Shown here piece by piece: positions 24,819 to 38,134 of a DNA stretch of 64,000 nt (the stretch's first letter is position 1; each line of letters starts with the position of its first letter). This DNA is from Cetorhinus maximus (Eukaryota). Made by a program: the position numbers and the translations under genes. The notes beneath the pieces were generated by a model. It made no database searches and was not told where the DNA came from. It worked only from the letters and a program-made list of their open reading frames with translations. Where the stretch lies: contig NC_135894.1 of assembly GCF_964194155.1 (NCBI RefSeq), positions 24,924,001 through 24,988,000 on the forward strand, written 5' to 3'.

Positions 24819-26089
24819 ATATTTTAATTAATTAGCATATTTACCCCTTCACATTTTGCTTGATACCAATAAACCATGAGAAGTTCATATTGTATATGAA
24901 ACCATGGAATCCTATTCATTGAGGATGTTTGACTTTAAATGAGAAGATGTTAAAATATTAGGGTCAAATTCCCCAGGTAGTTATACCAGCCACCTGCTAC
25001 AGCTCCTGTGACATCCACCTAATCATTCATAAAAAGATTATGGCCTAGACATAATAGGTCATGACTGATTTGTGAAACTCTGGCTGGATTTGTCAATGGT
25101 GGAATGCCCCCTTTCCCCTACCCCAGCATAAGGACAACTAAGTTCGAACGGATTGGGCCAGGGGTGACTACTCTCTACACCAGGAGTTCCTGCTCCACTG
25201 GCCTATAAAGGATTCAGTGCAATATCAGAGTTCAGTACACCCAGTGAAATGAAGTGCACCGACATTCAGAAGGTTATAAGTGGATGTGGTGGGGCTAGGA
25301 GATAAGTCCTGTTACCATGTGGTGTTAGTGGTACCTGGGATGACATGATAGCAGTGCAGATGCCCGCCGAACAAATCCCCCAATGCCAGTTTTGTGAGGT
25401 ATCCTGATGATGTTACCACTGGGTACTGGAGGGTATGATACCACCATGCCTGCCAGGATTGGGTCCCATCGCTTTCCGGAGCCATGAAATCTGAGAAACT
25501 TCGGTCTTAATTTGGTTTTGATTTTACCAAATGTGATCTTACGATTGCTAACTTATGCTAATAAAACATCATAACTGGTTTGATCTTAACTAGCTATCTG
25601 GGTAACTGTATGTGTGCTTTCCTCCTGATTAGCCCAGGTTTTGCTGAAGTGAGGCATCTTGTGACATTTCCCAATAGGTAAATTAGTCGCCTCACTCTTC
25701 AACTCGAAACCTTTTTGCAGGAAAGAGGCTGCGAGAGTGAGTAGATACTGGCACAGCAAGGTTCATGAGGCATCTGGGATCTTGGTGATCAACGGGATCC
25801 ACAGTTCATCTCCTTTACCAGTAAGATTGTAGGTTTGAGAAACTGGTGAAGAAGATAGGATGAATTAGCGACAAATCGGGTACAGAATGAGAAGCAGAGA
25901 GAAGGAAAAGAAGACTGGATTAAGAAAGAAAGAAGACAGGAAGAAAAAGAGTTTTTTAAACTTGTAACAACTTACCACCTATTAGAAGGAGACAGATAAG
26001 TTAGAAATGTTTCCTTTCTGAGCTGGAGAAATTGAGTGCCATTGCAAGACCCTAAATCTCCTCATTTAGCGGTACTTGTACTGTTAAGT

Positions 26090-27045
26090 TTTTTTTATTC
26101 GTTCATGGAATGTAGAAATCACTGACTAGGCCAGCTTTTATTGCCCATCCCTAATTTCCCTTGAGAAGGTGGTGGTGAGCTGCCTCCTTGAACCGCTACA
26201 GTCCATGTGGTGTAGGTACACCCACAGTGCTGTTAGGGAGGGAGTTCCAGGGTTTTGACCCAGCGACAGTGAAGGAACGGCGATATATTTCCAAATCAGG
26301 ATGGTGAGTGGCTTAGAGGGGAACTTGCAAATGGTGGTGTTCCCATGTGTCCGCTGCCCTTGTCTTACTAGATGGTAGTGGTCATGGATTTGGAAGGTGC
26401 TGTCTAAGGAGGCTTGGTGAGTTCCAACAGGGAATCTGTACACACTGCTGCCACTGTATGTTGGTGGTGGAGGGAGTGAATGTTTGTGGATGGGGTGCCA
26501 ATCAAGCAGGCTGCTTTGTCCTGGGCGGTGTCAAGCTTCTTGAGTGTTGTTGGAGCTGCACTCATCCAGACAAGTGGGGAGTATTCCATCACACTTGTGC
26601 CTTGTAGATGGTGGACAGGCTTTGGGGAGTCAGGAAGTGAGTTACGTGTCACAGGATCCCTAGCCTCTGATTTGCTCTTGTAGCCACAGTATTTATATGG
26701 CTAGTCCAGCTCAGTTTCTGGTCAGTGGTAAACCCCAGGATGTTGAAAGTGGGGGATTCAGTGATGGTAATGCCATTGAATGTTAAGGGGTGATGGTTAG
26801 ATTGTCTCTTGTTGGAGATGGTCATTGCCTGGCACTTGGTTGGCATGAATGTTACTTGTCATTTATCAGCCCAAACCTGGATATTGTCCAGGTCTTGCTG
26901 CATTTGGACATGGGCTGCTTCAGTATCTGAGGAGTCATGAATGGTGCTGAACATTGTGCAATCATCAGCGAACATCCCCACTTCTGACCTTATGATGGAA
27001 GGAAGATCATTGATAAAGCAGCTGAAGATGGTTGGGCCGAGGATG
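26090..27045 (-). mobile_element. CR1-group LINE 3' fragment including RT end, nested in a family-B element (25640-27330)
   Basis: ILGPTIFSCFINDLP...MFADDCT, MEYSPLVWMSAAPTTLKKLD. Confidence 0.92.
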
Positions 27046-28199
27046 CTGCTCAATGGCAATTAGATTTGGGCAATAAATGCTGCGCTTCTCAACAATGCCC
27101 ATGAACAGTGTAAACAAAATCCAGCAACTTTGTGAAACTCCTCACAGGGATGTTGAGAGTGAGCAGCCATTTCTGTGAAGCTAACAGGTGCAAACCATCC
27201 GGCAACTTGTGGTGATTTGCAAGTCACGGGGGTACCTCTTCCTCATCACAGTTTGCTGAAAGATTTGTACATTTGTAGCGAAGAGGGCCACTAAATGTAC
27301 TGTTATTTTCCCAGCAAGTTCTGGCCCAGTTTCTAAGTGAAGCAGAATTAAATTGTAACAAGTTGCTAAGCCACTCGTGGCTCACAAAGGAACAAGTAAC
27401 CGCACCTCCTGAAACCTCATTGAGTTAGCGTGAAATTGTTAACAAGGATAATGGATTCAGAATCAACACTCAGAAGGCAGAAGAATATTTTTCACAGCAG
27501 GTTGTAGGAACATGGAATGATATACCACAAGTGACACTGGAGCAGTGGCTGTAACATCAGTCAAATGGAAACTAGAGGAGTATATGAAAAGGAAGACCAT
27601 GAAAGGTGAAAGAGCAGGGAAATGGGACTTTAGGGTATAGCTCCAGTTAAAGAGCCAGTTAAGTGAGCAGGAAGCACTCCTGCGTTGTCAGTTGTATGAT
27701 TTCAGACTCTCAAAGATTTCCAGTTTTACCCTGCTGATGCTGGTCATGCATTCTAGATATCCTCGTGTGTGCTGGGCATGATTAATAGTTGGGAAATTGG
27801 ACTCAATGATTCCCAAATTTACAATCTGCACGACTGGTGGGAGGGCTCCCTGTTGGTGTTGTAAAGTGAGGAAATTGCATTTTATCTGTTCTTGTTCATG
27901 GACTAAAATCCTCCATATAGATCAGTGCCTCTATCAAAAGGAAATCTCAGCTACCTCGCAGCCCCAAGGATCTCCTTGTGAACAGCTTTGGGTAGATTTT
28001 CAACTCAGCACGGAGCGAGAAATTTGTATTGGTTTTCAATTCCACGGAAAACAGGGCAAATTAAAATCAGGCAGTTTGTATCATGGACAAGTGCACCCCA
28101 ATGTCAGGTCTGTACCCCAGTGGCATGGAAAATCTACCCTGACTTGTTTCAAAGTGGTCAGTCACCCAGGACAATGGAAAGCAGCTCATTGTATTTTCA

Positions 28200-28980
28200 G
28201 AGAGTTACACAGAATGTGCAGCACAGAAACAGGCTATTCAGCCCAACCAGTGTTGCTCCACACAAGCCTCCTCCTAGCCCTCTTCAGTAAAGCAGCAGCT
28301 ATGGAGGTCTTGTGGTGCAGTGGCTAGCCATCTCCACTTCTGAGCCAGACGTCTGGGTTCCAGTTTTGCTTTAGGCCTTGATGGCCTTGGAATGTGCATT
28401 CATAATGTGGTCAAACAGGTCAATTAGAAACCTGCTAATTCTTCCAATATGCCTATGGCAGCTGGTAAGAGTGGGAGTGTCTCCTGGTCAGCCAGAACTG
28501 TGCAGTAGCTGCTGTGCAACAGCCTCCCCAAATTAACAGGCTCCATGTGCAGGTTCTTGCTATGGGCAGTATTCTGTGGCAGGCATTCTCCTTACTTTGA
28601 GTGACTACCAAAGTGAGAAAAATCTCAATCTCCCATTCTTTTCTCTCCCATGTGTTTATCTCGATTCTCCTCAAAGGCATCCATGTTATTCACCTCAATA
28701 ACTCCTTGTGGTAGCAAGTTCCACATTCCAGCTACTCTACCGGCTAAAGGAATTTCTCCTGAATTCCCTGTTGGATTTATTAGTGACTAACGTATATTTA
28801 TGGCCCCTCTAGTTCTAGTCTCACCCACAGGTGGAAACATCTTTTCCCCAGCTACCTTATGAAATAATTTCATAAGCTTAAAGACCATTATCAAGTTACC
28901 GCTCACCTTTCTCGTTTCTGGAGAAAAGAGTCCCAGCTTGTTCAATCTTTCTGGATATTTATAACCTCTCAATCCTGGTT
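28200..28980 (-). mobile_element. CR1 3' fragment interrupted by a SINE (28300-28500, +)
   Basis: YPERLNKLGLFS...GETRTRG; SINE matches 9304-9610. Confidence 0.7.
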
Positions 28981-29584
28981 TAGTGCAATCTTGTGATTAA
29001 AGTGACCTAACTGATACTCTCTTTGATTAATTTGTCACGAGTAGCTACCTAATCAGCTCCTGCCCTTGATATATGGTGAGTAATGTTGATGTGTGTCAGC
29101 ACAGCTTCTTCACAGCTTTACTGCTGCAATAATCCATCATAAAGTTTCATCCACAAATTGACGTTCACTGGAATGGGATTCTTCACTTTAATAATTCCAA
29201 GCATTTGCTGTGTTCCTTAACTGAAGAGTTGCCCTGCACGCTACCACCCTGGCTCATCCTGAGTGGTATTATGCCCATGTTTACATTATTCCCACAAAGA
29301 GAATGGAAAAAGGAATGAGGCAGGTCTTGAGACTAAGCAGACACTCTCAGCATGTTTATTAACCAGTGCTGCAAAGTGATCACACCCCAGCTGCAAGAGA
29401 ACGATTCCAGTGTGATTGACACAGTTAACGAAGACGGTGCCCCACTGATCAAGGACAGCGAGCTGTTTTCTCTTGTCTAGCTGCACCCTGCAGCCAACCT
29501 CCCAACTGCACAATGAGACATGGCTGCCCATCTCTTATCTGTGCAGAAACTATGTTCTTGCAATTGTGAGCTTTATTGGTTAGC

Positions 29585-29832
29585 TGCAGTATGGCCGATG
29601 ACAGAGAGGTCAGACTGAAAGCAAAATGGAGAATTAAAATCACAGATGACTGGAAGGTCACGTTCATGCTGCTGGCTGAATGGAGGTGCTTCATTGTGGT
29701 TACTCAGTCTGCATTTGGTCTCCCCAGTGTAGAGAAGACCACATTGTGGGCAGCGAATACAGTAGGCTAAATTGAACGAAGTACAGATAAATCTCTGTTT
29801 CATGTGGAAGGAGTGTCTCAGGCCTTGGACAG
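29585..29832 (-). mobile_element. Penelope GIY-YIG fragment
   Basis: FICTSFNLAYCIRCPQCGLLYTGETKCRL. Confidence 0.88.
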
Positions 29833-30404
29833 TAAGAATGAGCAGAATGCTTGCTTTAAAGACACAGAGTTAATAATGTTAATTATTTCTGAACAGTGCT
29901 TCCTAGCTGGTTTGATACTAGGATTAGTCGATTCTGATATCATGGCACCACGTAAATGCATCGTGGTTAAGTCAAACATTTGGCCATGATTCCTGTTTGA
30001 TGAGATTTTCCACTCTACGATGTTGCTCGAGATATCAATGTTATTGAATTATATTTTCCACTTAAGCACCTGCAAAACTCAGCTTTTAATTTCTCTAAAC
30101 AAGAGGCTCCTGGCAGATGTGAGAGTATTACTCACTGCATTAATGCTGTTTCTGAAGGAAGGGTTTTCATTTGTGCTCACAGGGGTTTAGCCTCTTGTCC
30201 GTGCCAGCCATTGCTATTTAAAAATATTAAATTCCCTTTCCAGTAAAAGAAAGTCATTTCTCTTCTGCTTCAGCTGAGACCTTGCATTGATTTGGTACCC
30301 TAACTAGATGAACTACAGTGATGCAAATGAAGAAGCCAAGAACTTCATTTAAGCAGCTACCTACAAATACAATCCTGTGATGGTACACTTTAAAGAAGGG
30401 AAAA

Positions 30405-30782
30405 CAGATTTGCATTTACATAGCACCTTACACAACCTCAGGATATCCCAAAGTCCTCTGCATCTAATGAAGTACTTTTGAAGTGTAGTCACTTTGGAAT
30501 GTGGAAACCTGGCAGCCAATTGACACACAGCAAACTCCTACAAGCAGCAATGTTCTAATGACCAGATAATCTGTCTTAATAATGAGGGGTCAATGTTGAG
30601 CAAAGAACTACCTGAGAGCAGACTGGGTCTCGATCTTATCTGAAAGATTACATCTCCGACAGTGTGCTCTTCCCTCAGTATGGCACTGGAGTGTAGGGCT
30701 AGATTATGTGCTCAAATACCTGAAGAGCAACTTGGCATTTGACTTCTAAACCAAAGGTGAGAGACTGACACTTGGCTCAGTT
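30405..30782 (-). mobile_element. SacSINE1/DeuSINE-like SINE, decayed
   Basis: Reverse match to tail (TTGCATTTACATAGCACC) and core (CCCTCAGTATGGCACTGGAGTG). Confidence 0.75.
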
Positions 30783-30919
30783 GGTAATGCTCTCACATAA
30801 TTGACGGCCAATAAACGCTCAATAGGATGCTCAGAACATTTAATTCCTCTGTCTAGTCCCTGAATATTGCCACCCCCCCTTGAGTTGGCATGGCATTGTC
30901 CCTTACTGCTTATACTGCA

Positions 30920-31456
30920 TGTAATGGGGCCACCAGCAGCAGGTGGTGATGTTTGGGGAGAATACCGAGTAGGGGAACTGATTGGTCCCGGTGGGCCCAT
31001 TCCTGCAGGGAGAGGTGTATTTCAGAAGCTGAGGGGCTGAGCCAGGTGCCACGAGGTGAGGGAGAAAGGCCAGGACGAGGCCAGGACCTGTGAGTGGCAG
31101 GAGCCCGGGGCAGCTTGAAGCCTCTGAGGGTGGCTGAAGAGGAATTGGGACCTAGTCAGATTGACCGGTAGCATCCTTGAGCCTGAGAAGCCTCAGGAGA
31201 GAGAGAGAGAGAGAGAGAACAGGACTGCAGCCAGGAACTGGGCAGCAGAATAAGCCTTGTGAGTGACTGCCTTGAGGAGCTGAGGCCCCGAATTGGGCAG
31301 AGATCTGGAATATTGGCAGTGAATATTCTCTGTAAATAGTTTGTTTCTTGGAGTTATGCTTTCCCTCCAGGGCTGAGGTCACTTTGATGCCAGAGGAATA
31401 AACAAACCTTGTTTTCTAACCTTTGTGAAGTCTGTGTGCTTAAATCACATGTCACA
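30920..31456 (+). mobile_element. Possible solo LTR
   Basis: TGTAAT...GTCACA ends with AATAAA ~60 bp before the end; no TSD seen. Confidence 0.35.
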
Positions 31457-32254
31457 TTTGGCCCAGATGCATTCCCTGCTGAAAGGAGTAGGTGTACTGT
31501 TTTGACTATGTTCAGGTTTTCCTGGCATCCTGCTGGATACATCCTGCACTTTACCTTGTGAGGGACCTGTTTGCGAGTCCACCACATTACACTGTATGGG
31601 CTTGCTGCTTCTCAATGCTTTCTCTCACCTCCTCTCACACCTTTTGCAGTGAGCATTCCTGGGGGAGTGAGGCACCAGTCCCATTGAGCATGTGCCTTCT
31701 CTCTTTGAGACCACTGCAGTCGACTCTCCGGCCAAACTCCGCACTTCACCAGTTTTATCGATTGGCGCCTGTGCTTGACTTCCGACTGCTGCTCCCACTG
31801 TTTGCCATGCTTCCTAATTGCACTTCACAGCAGATTGTGAGATCACTGCTGTTTCTTTATCAATTGTTGACCCACTATGCCTGAATTATAGCCCACATTT
31901 TAACCCATGGACTGAAAACAGAAATAGAATGTGATATAGTGTACTGCTGGTAACCCTCTTAAAGTCAGAAGTATCCCATAGATGAACCCCCCAGTCATGC
32001 ACAATTGGCAAGCTTGTACGTTTGAAAAGCAGGTGCAAGGAAACAGATGGCCCCTGGTATATTCAAGCGATGGATCTCTGTCTCGGATTGGGATAGAGCT
32101 CACTTTCCAGATTGTCCGGGGGGCCTCCATATACCGTTTTCCAGTCAGAATGATGGATTGGTTCCCAAATAGAGTTGTGAATTTAGGTTCATCAAAAATC
32201 AGGATGTAATTATGGGGCAGATCTCTATACTCCTAGCCTAGTTTTCACTCATTT

Positions 32255-33030
32255 ATTTTTTATTCTTTCACGGGCTGTGGGCGTTGCTGGCTGGGCCAGC
32301 ATTTATTGCCCATCTCTAATTGCCCTTGAGAAGGTGGTGGTGAGCTGCCTTCCTGAACCGCTGCAGTCCATATGGTGTAGGTACACCCACAGCGCTGTTA
32401 GGGAGTTCCAGGATTTTGACCCAGTGACAGTGAACGAACGGCGATATATTTCCAAGTCAGGATGCTGAGTGGCTTGGAGGGGAGCTTCCAGGTGGTGGTG
32501 TTTTCATGCATCTGCTGCTCTTGTGCTTCTAGGTGGTAGAGGTTACAGGTTTAGAAGGTGCTGTCGAAGGAGCCTTGGTGAGTTACTGCAGTGCATCTTG
32601 TAGAAGGTATACACTGCTGCTACTGTGTGGCAGTGGTGGAGGGAGTGGATTTTGAAGGTGGTGGATGGGATGCCAATCAAGCGGGCTGCTTTGTCTTGGA
32701 TGGTGTCGAGCTTCTTGAGAGTTGTTGGAGCTGCACTCATCCAGACAAGTGGAGAATATTCCATCACACTGCTGACTTGTGTCTTGTAGATGGCGGGCAG
32801 GCTTTGGGGAGTCAGGAGGTGAGTTACTTGTTATAGGATTCCTAGCCTCTGACCTGCTTTTGTAGCTACAGTATTTATATGGCTAGTCCAGTTCAGCTTC
32901 TGATCGATGGTAACCCCCAGGATGTTGATGGTGGGGGATTCAGTGATGATGATGCAATTGAATATTAAGGCGAAATGGTTGGATTCTCTCTTGTTGGAGA
33001 TGGTAATTGCCTGGCACCCGTGTGGCGCAT
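32255..33030 (-). mobile_element. CR1-group LINE 3' fragment (second family)
   Basis: MEYSPLVWMSAAPTTLKKLDTIQDKAARLIG; NILGVTIDQKLNWTSHI. Confidence 0.9.
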
Positions 33031-33309
33031 TTCTGAGCACATTTATAATTTTCATCAAACTACCACTTATGTTCAGCCTTCGGCATTTTCAAAAATAATA
33101 GCGTCTCACATTATACATGTCCCCAGAGCATTAAGAGATTAATATAAATGAAAGGTTATTTGCCTGAAGCACTTTACCCATCATTTCCCAGGTCAATGAA
33201 ATGGGAGCCGACAGGCTGTTTGAAATCTGTGGCACACCACAGCCCCACCCAATGCTATCCTCGCCCTGTAGCCACATGTTGACACTTCCCTATAAGTATG
33301 ACACGCAGC

Positions 33310-33640
33310 TGCATAAGGCGATATTGAGGCAAATGACCAAAACGTTGGTCAAAATGGTAGGTTTTTTGGAGTTTCTTAAAGGTGTGGAGAGATCAAGAGG
33401 TCGAGGAATGTGGAGAGGGAATTCTGGATCTTAGAGCTTTGGCAGCTGAAGGTACATTTGCCAATGGTGGGACAAATAAACTTAGGGGGGCTCAGGAGGC
33501 CAGAATTGAAAGAGTGCCGATATCATGGAGGGTTGGAGGACAGAGATAGGGAGGGACGAGGCCTCAGGGGGAGTTTGAAAACAAGGTTGAGAATATTAAA
33601 ATTCAGGCGTTGCTTGACAGGGAGCCAACAGCAGTCACTG
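33310..33640 (-). mobile_element. L2-like LINE fragment
   Basis: Similar to 15478-15815. Confidence 0.6.
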
Positions 33641-34641
33641 TGAAATGGATCGGAGTAGGACCCTCAGACGATTTTCTTCCCTTCCCCAAGTGTAACACCA
33701 ACTGAGATCAGTTAACAGTGCAGTCCAGCAACTGGAGCTGGGAGTTGTCTGTTCTGTATGAGTCCGAGACTGAGATCTTGCCTCAGAAACACCAGGGACC
33801 CCGTGTCACTTTTGCTCTGTAATGGAATGCAGTGGAGTGCTGCTAATCTAGACCAGTTGGGACTGAACAGGGCTCAGTTTATTCCAGCTTTCAAAATGCA
33901 ATTTTAATTCACCATGACAGCTCTGGTGCAGAGCAGCAGATGCAGAGCAGCAAATGCCTCAAGTGTTTCCATTCCTCCTGTACTATGATATTTCTATGGA
34001 AAGGTCTCTTCTCGAGTCCTGACATCAGCTGACTCAGAGTGTTGATTTTAAGTTGTAAGCAGATATTTAAACTTGGCTCTTTTATCCCCCTGTTATAGTT
34101 CATGTCTCACTCACAGCTCACTGCCATCAGTGTGAAGTAACGTCTGGGTATTTAATCAGCTGTTCCTCCTTCAACTATCTTATCGTACTCCCTCCAAGTC
34201 TCATTGTTCCCAAGGACCCAGAAACTGGAGCCCTCACAGATCCATATAACCTTGCAGACACTCTCAGTCACGGGTCACAACAGAGTGCACTTTCCTTCTC
34301 CGCAAGCCACTCCCTTGAGCATTGGTTCTGCAAAGTATTGTCAACTCAAACTAAATTCAAGTTCCAAATTAATGATCCCAGCCCAATAGGAGGCTGGAAC
34401 ATTGGGCCAGCTGGGGAGTGCTGCACACCTCTGGCGCCATTCCCAATATTCCGATGCTCTGTCACTGGGAAATCAGGAATAAAAACAGTGCCCAAACCGC
34501 TGATCCATGCTCCCATCAACTCCACCTCCCAAAACATTGCTGATCATTTGAATGAAGTTCAATTTTGCACCAAAGGACCATGTGGTGTGTTATAGCTCAC
34601 TCAGGAAGTCCGAGTTGCTGTGGCAACATACACTTTTACCT

Positions 34642-34799
34642 CGAGTCCGTATGATTCTTCATCAGAGCTGATGAAGAGTCATTCGGACTCAAAACATTAA
34701 CTCTGTCTTCCTCTCCACAGATGCTGTCAGACCTGCTGAGTTTTTCCAGCTATTTTTGTTTTTGTTTCAGGTTTCCAGCATCCGCAGTATGTTGCTTTT
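34642..34799 (+). mobile_element. Penelope 3'-end fragment with short 5' inversion and decayed hammerhead
   Basis: 14-bp TSD ATACACTTTTACCT (34628-34641, 34800-34813); CTGATGA on both strands around 34666. Confidence 0.88.
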
Positions 34800-34834
34800 A
34801 TACACTTTTACCTGCATGTTGCAGTCGGGAGCTA

Positions 34835-35056
34835 TGGACAGTGATGGTAGAGGCTCCAGTTTCTTTCCATCACATGGCTGACCAGGAATCTCTCCCACTC
34901 TTACCACTGGTGTGGTGGGAAGGATTTGCAGGTTGATACTCAACCTGTTTGTCCACGTTATAAACACAGCTTCCCTTGGCCAGCAAGGGCAGGACTCAAA
35001 CCCGGGGCTTCTGGCTCAGAGGCCGGGACGCTAACTACTGCGCCACAGGAGCACCT
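34835..35056 (-). mobile_element. tRNA-derived SINE (family of 9304-9610)
   Basis: Minus strand TGGCGCAGTAGTTAGCG..GGGTTTGAGTCC..TGGCCAAGGGAAG. Confidence 0.7.
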
Positions 35057-36244
35057 AACAAAGGAGCAGACAGAACAAAAATTCCCAACTGCTCTCATGA
35101 GGAAGCAATATTCCTTGTGACTTTGACAAGGAAATTTGTCACTGGTGGCTGTGCTGTTCATTCCTGGTACCCGTGACAGGGAAACCTTAAGTTAATGGTA
35201 ACATGAACAATTTGTCAGGGTCTTAACCATCAGGGCCTTCATTAACCTCTATGCAGGGGGAAACCTTCATTCAAAAAGCTTTCTCTCCGGGGCAGGGAAG
35301 CAGTTGGAGGTGCTTTGTTAGATCTGCAGGGCCTTGACTAATTGCTGTAAGATAGGTAAACTATTTTAACAGGAATCATTGGACACAGGCAGGGTGGTAA
35401 ACATGCATTTGCTGAACAACATACATGAAACACCCAATATTTTTAACAGGCTAGCAATTTAATTGTGTCTGTTTTGTGCCCCTGTCCGTATTTAATTTCA
35501 CCCTCCAAGAGGTCTTATCCCTTAAACTAAGATTTTGGCTATTCCTAATTTGTTCCTTCTCAAAATAAATGCCAACTGGAATGAAAATTCAGAGCAGCTC
35601 GGAGCAACAATTTGCCCACGGTCCCATCATCTATACCATAATATGTCTAGTATCGTTTGCTACACAAGTACAATTTTCCACAACAAGATTTTAGAGGCTG
35701 TAAAATGACAGCTGCTAAACAGACCTGAATGATATCAAATCACTTGTCGCAACACGCTACTCTCTGCAAATGTATCTTGGTGTAGGTGTGATTTAATTCA
35801 AGCAGAAGGCTTTAAACTGATCTGCACCAATACAGCTGAAGCACGTTTGACAGGCATTGAGGAAAGCATTAACAAAGCCTCTCTGATACAAGCAGCTCCT
35901 CAAGGGAATACTTGCTTTGTGAAATTATGTTGTTGGCATGATTGGGCACAGTGTTAAATCCAAGTGCCCGTGTCTAAAACACCAAGCCTGAGATTGGGCA
36001 CACACATACTGTGTGAGGTTGCCATGCCAATGTGGGAGGAAGGAGACTTAACGTTCATCTGGGACTAGTGAGCATATTTAGATTTCAAGCGTTTAGCGAA
36101 CTTAATATATCATTTTACTTCTGCTAATGTGCAGCATTTGACTTTTGAGACTGGGCAGCACATGCGTGTGGTTTTAAATTGCATGCCCTCCTGATGTCGC
36201 ATCTGGTCGTATTTTTTGCCCGGAGTGACGAAATCTGCTTCAAT

Positions 36245-37015
36245 TCAAATACAAGAGCAAAATACTATGGAGGCTGGAAATCTAAATCAGAACAGGAAAC
36301 GGGAATATTCAGCAGGTCTGGCAGCAGGTCCGGAGAGAGAAGCAGGGCTAAAGTTGAAACGCTGGGCAGATTGTCAGTGGGGTGACTTGGAGGCAGGGGG
36401 TCCACATCGGGACTATCCCCTAATGCAGATTGACTGCCCACCACATGGCGCTAATTAGGGGTGATTTTGTTTTGGGGCTCCCAGCAGTTTTACAGCAGCC
36501 AGGTTTCCCCCACCCACCCCCGCCCTGCAAGTGGAGGCTGCCAACTTCGTGGAGGTGGCCTCCCTAAGGCAGCCTGGGGAAGGGGGGCATCTGAACCAGA
36601 GGCTCCATGCTCCAGAGAGATGGCCGCAGGGAGGAAAGGCAACCTTCGTGGCCCCCATGCTCTAACCCTGGAGGGGTTTCCCCTTCCTTTCTGCGGAGCC
36701 TTGCCCCTCAGTCATCATCCATGTTGAGGTGCCTTCTTCTTCTCTTACCTGCCTCAGCAGTGTCCACCTCTGCCGTTGGGGTGTCTGAGACTTCAGAGCT
36801 ATTGGCCCTCAGCTTCCGGAGCCATCCTTAGCTGAATGGCGGGCCCGAATGCAGCCAGTTAGGATGCCACCTCCGAGCCTGTCCGTTGCCAGTAAATGCA
36901 GGCTTGGGATCCCCACTTGGTCCCAACATCAGCGTCCCAAAGCCCGTGGTAAAATCCAATCCATTAACTCTGTTTCTCTCTACTGCTCTGATGAGTATTT
37001 TCAACATTTTCTGCT
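36245..37015. mobile_element. Old fold-back Penelope end interrupted by a ~600-bp Harbinger-like MITE (~36363-36962)
   Basis: CAGCAGGTCTGGCAGCA arm, then GAAACG [MITE ending AAAATCCAATCC] ATTAACTCTGTTTCTCTC. Confidence 0.55.
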
Positions 37016-37227
37016 TAAATGCTAAATATCTTTATTAAGTTTGGGGATGTCGACATACCAGGTTCCTGATGTAGCTAACCTATGTTTTTTCTCAGATTGT
37101 CTCATTTGAACAACATGGAAAAACTCTCTGCATATGGGATTATACACAGAATGTACAGCACAGAAAGAGGCCATTCAGCCCAAAATGGTCCATGCTGGTA
37201 TTTATTCTCCACACAAAAGACCTCCCA

Positions 37228-37375
37228 TTTTGTGACTCCAGACCCACAGCAATGTGGTTGGCTCTTAATTGCCCTCTGAAATGGCCTAGCAAGCCACTCA
37301 GTTCAAGGGCAATTAGGGATGGGCAACAAATGCTGGCCTTGCCAGCGATGCCTACATGTCATGAAAGAATAAAAT
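37228..37375 (+). mobile_element. 3' half of the SINE family seen at 7170-7512
   Basis: GTGACTCCAGACCCACAGCAATGTGGTTG...GGGCAACAAATGCTGGCCTT. Confidence 0.75.
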
Positions 37376-37414
37376 AGAAAGTTCCACATTCCAACTACCC
37401 TGTAATGAAGACCT

Positions 37415-38122
37415 CCAGATGACTTGGATGAAGGGATTGACTGTATTGTAGCCAAATTGGCTGATGGTACAAGAATAGGACAGCAAGTTGTAAGGAGGAT
37501 ACAAGGAGCCTGCAAGGGGCTATAGATAGGTCAAGTGAGTGGGCAAAAAATTAGGCAGGTGGAGTATAATATGGGAAAATGTGAAGTTGTCCACTTTGGC
37601 TGGAAGAATAGAAAAGCAGAATATTAGTTAAATGGAGGGAGCCTACAGAATGCTCCAGTACAGAGGAATCTGGGTGTCCTTCTACATGAATCACAAAATA
37701 GTTAACATGCAGGTACAGCAAATGATTGGGAAAATAAATGGATTGTTGACTTTTATTGCAAGGGGGATAGAGTATATAAGTAGGGAAGGCTTGCTACAAC
37801 TGGAGAGGGCATTGGTGAGAACACACCTGGAGCACAGTGTACAGTTTTGGTCTCCTTATTTAAGGAGGGATATACTTGCATTGTAAGTAGTTTTGAGAAG
37901 ATTCACTAGGTTGATTCCTGGGATGAAGGGGTTTGTTTTATGAAAGAAGGTTGAGCCTATACTCATTGGAGCTTAGAAGAATGAGAGGTGATCTTATTGA
38001 AACATATAAGACTCCAAGGGGGCTTGACAGGATGGATGCTGGGAGGATGTTTCCTCTCATGGGCGAATCTAAAACAAGGGGTCTCCCATTTAGAATGAAG
38101 ATGAGGAGGAATTTCTCCTCTT
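37415..38122 (+). mobile_element. CR1 ORF2 fragment
   Basis: ALVRTHLEHSVQFWSPYLRRD; RRMRGDLIETYK. Confidence 0.9.
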
Positions 38123-38134
38123 AAAGCCCATTCT

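Noticed and set aside
24961-25510. Possible further TIR element
   Set aside because: End similarity is too weak to call.
27797-28327. 176-aa ORF
   Set aside because: Non-ATG start, runs into CR1/SINE sequence, no known motif.
29840-30400. AT-rich unique stretch as possible enhancer (also 62400-62650)
   Set aside because: Motif clustering is not clearly above background by eye; needs a conservation search.
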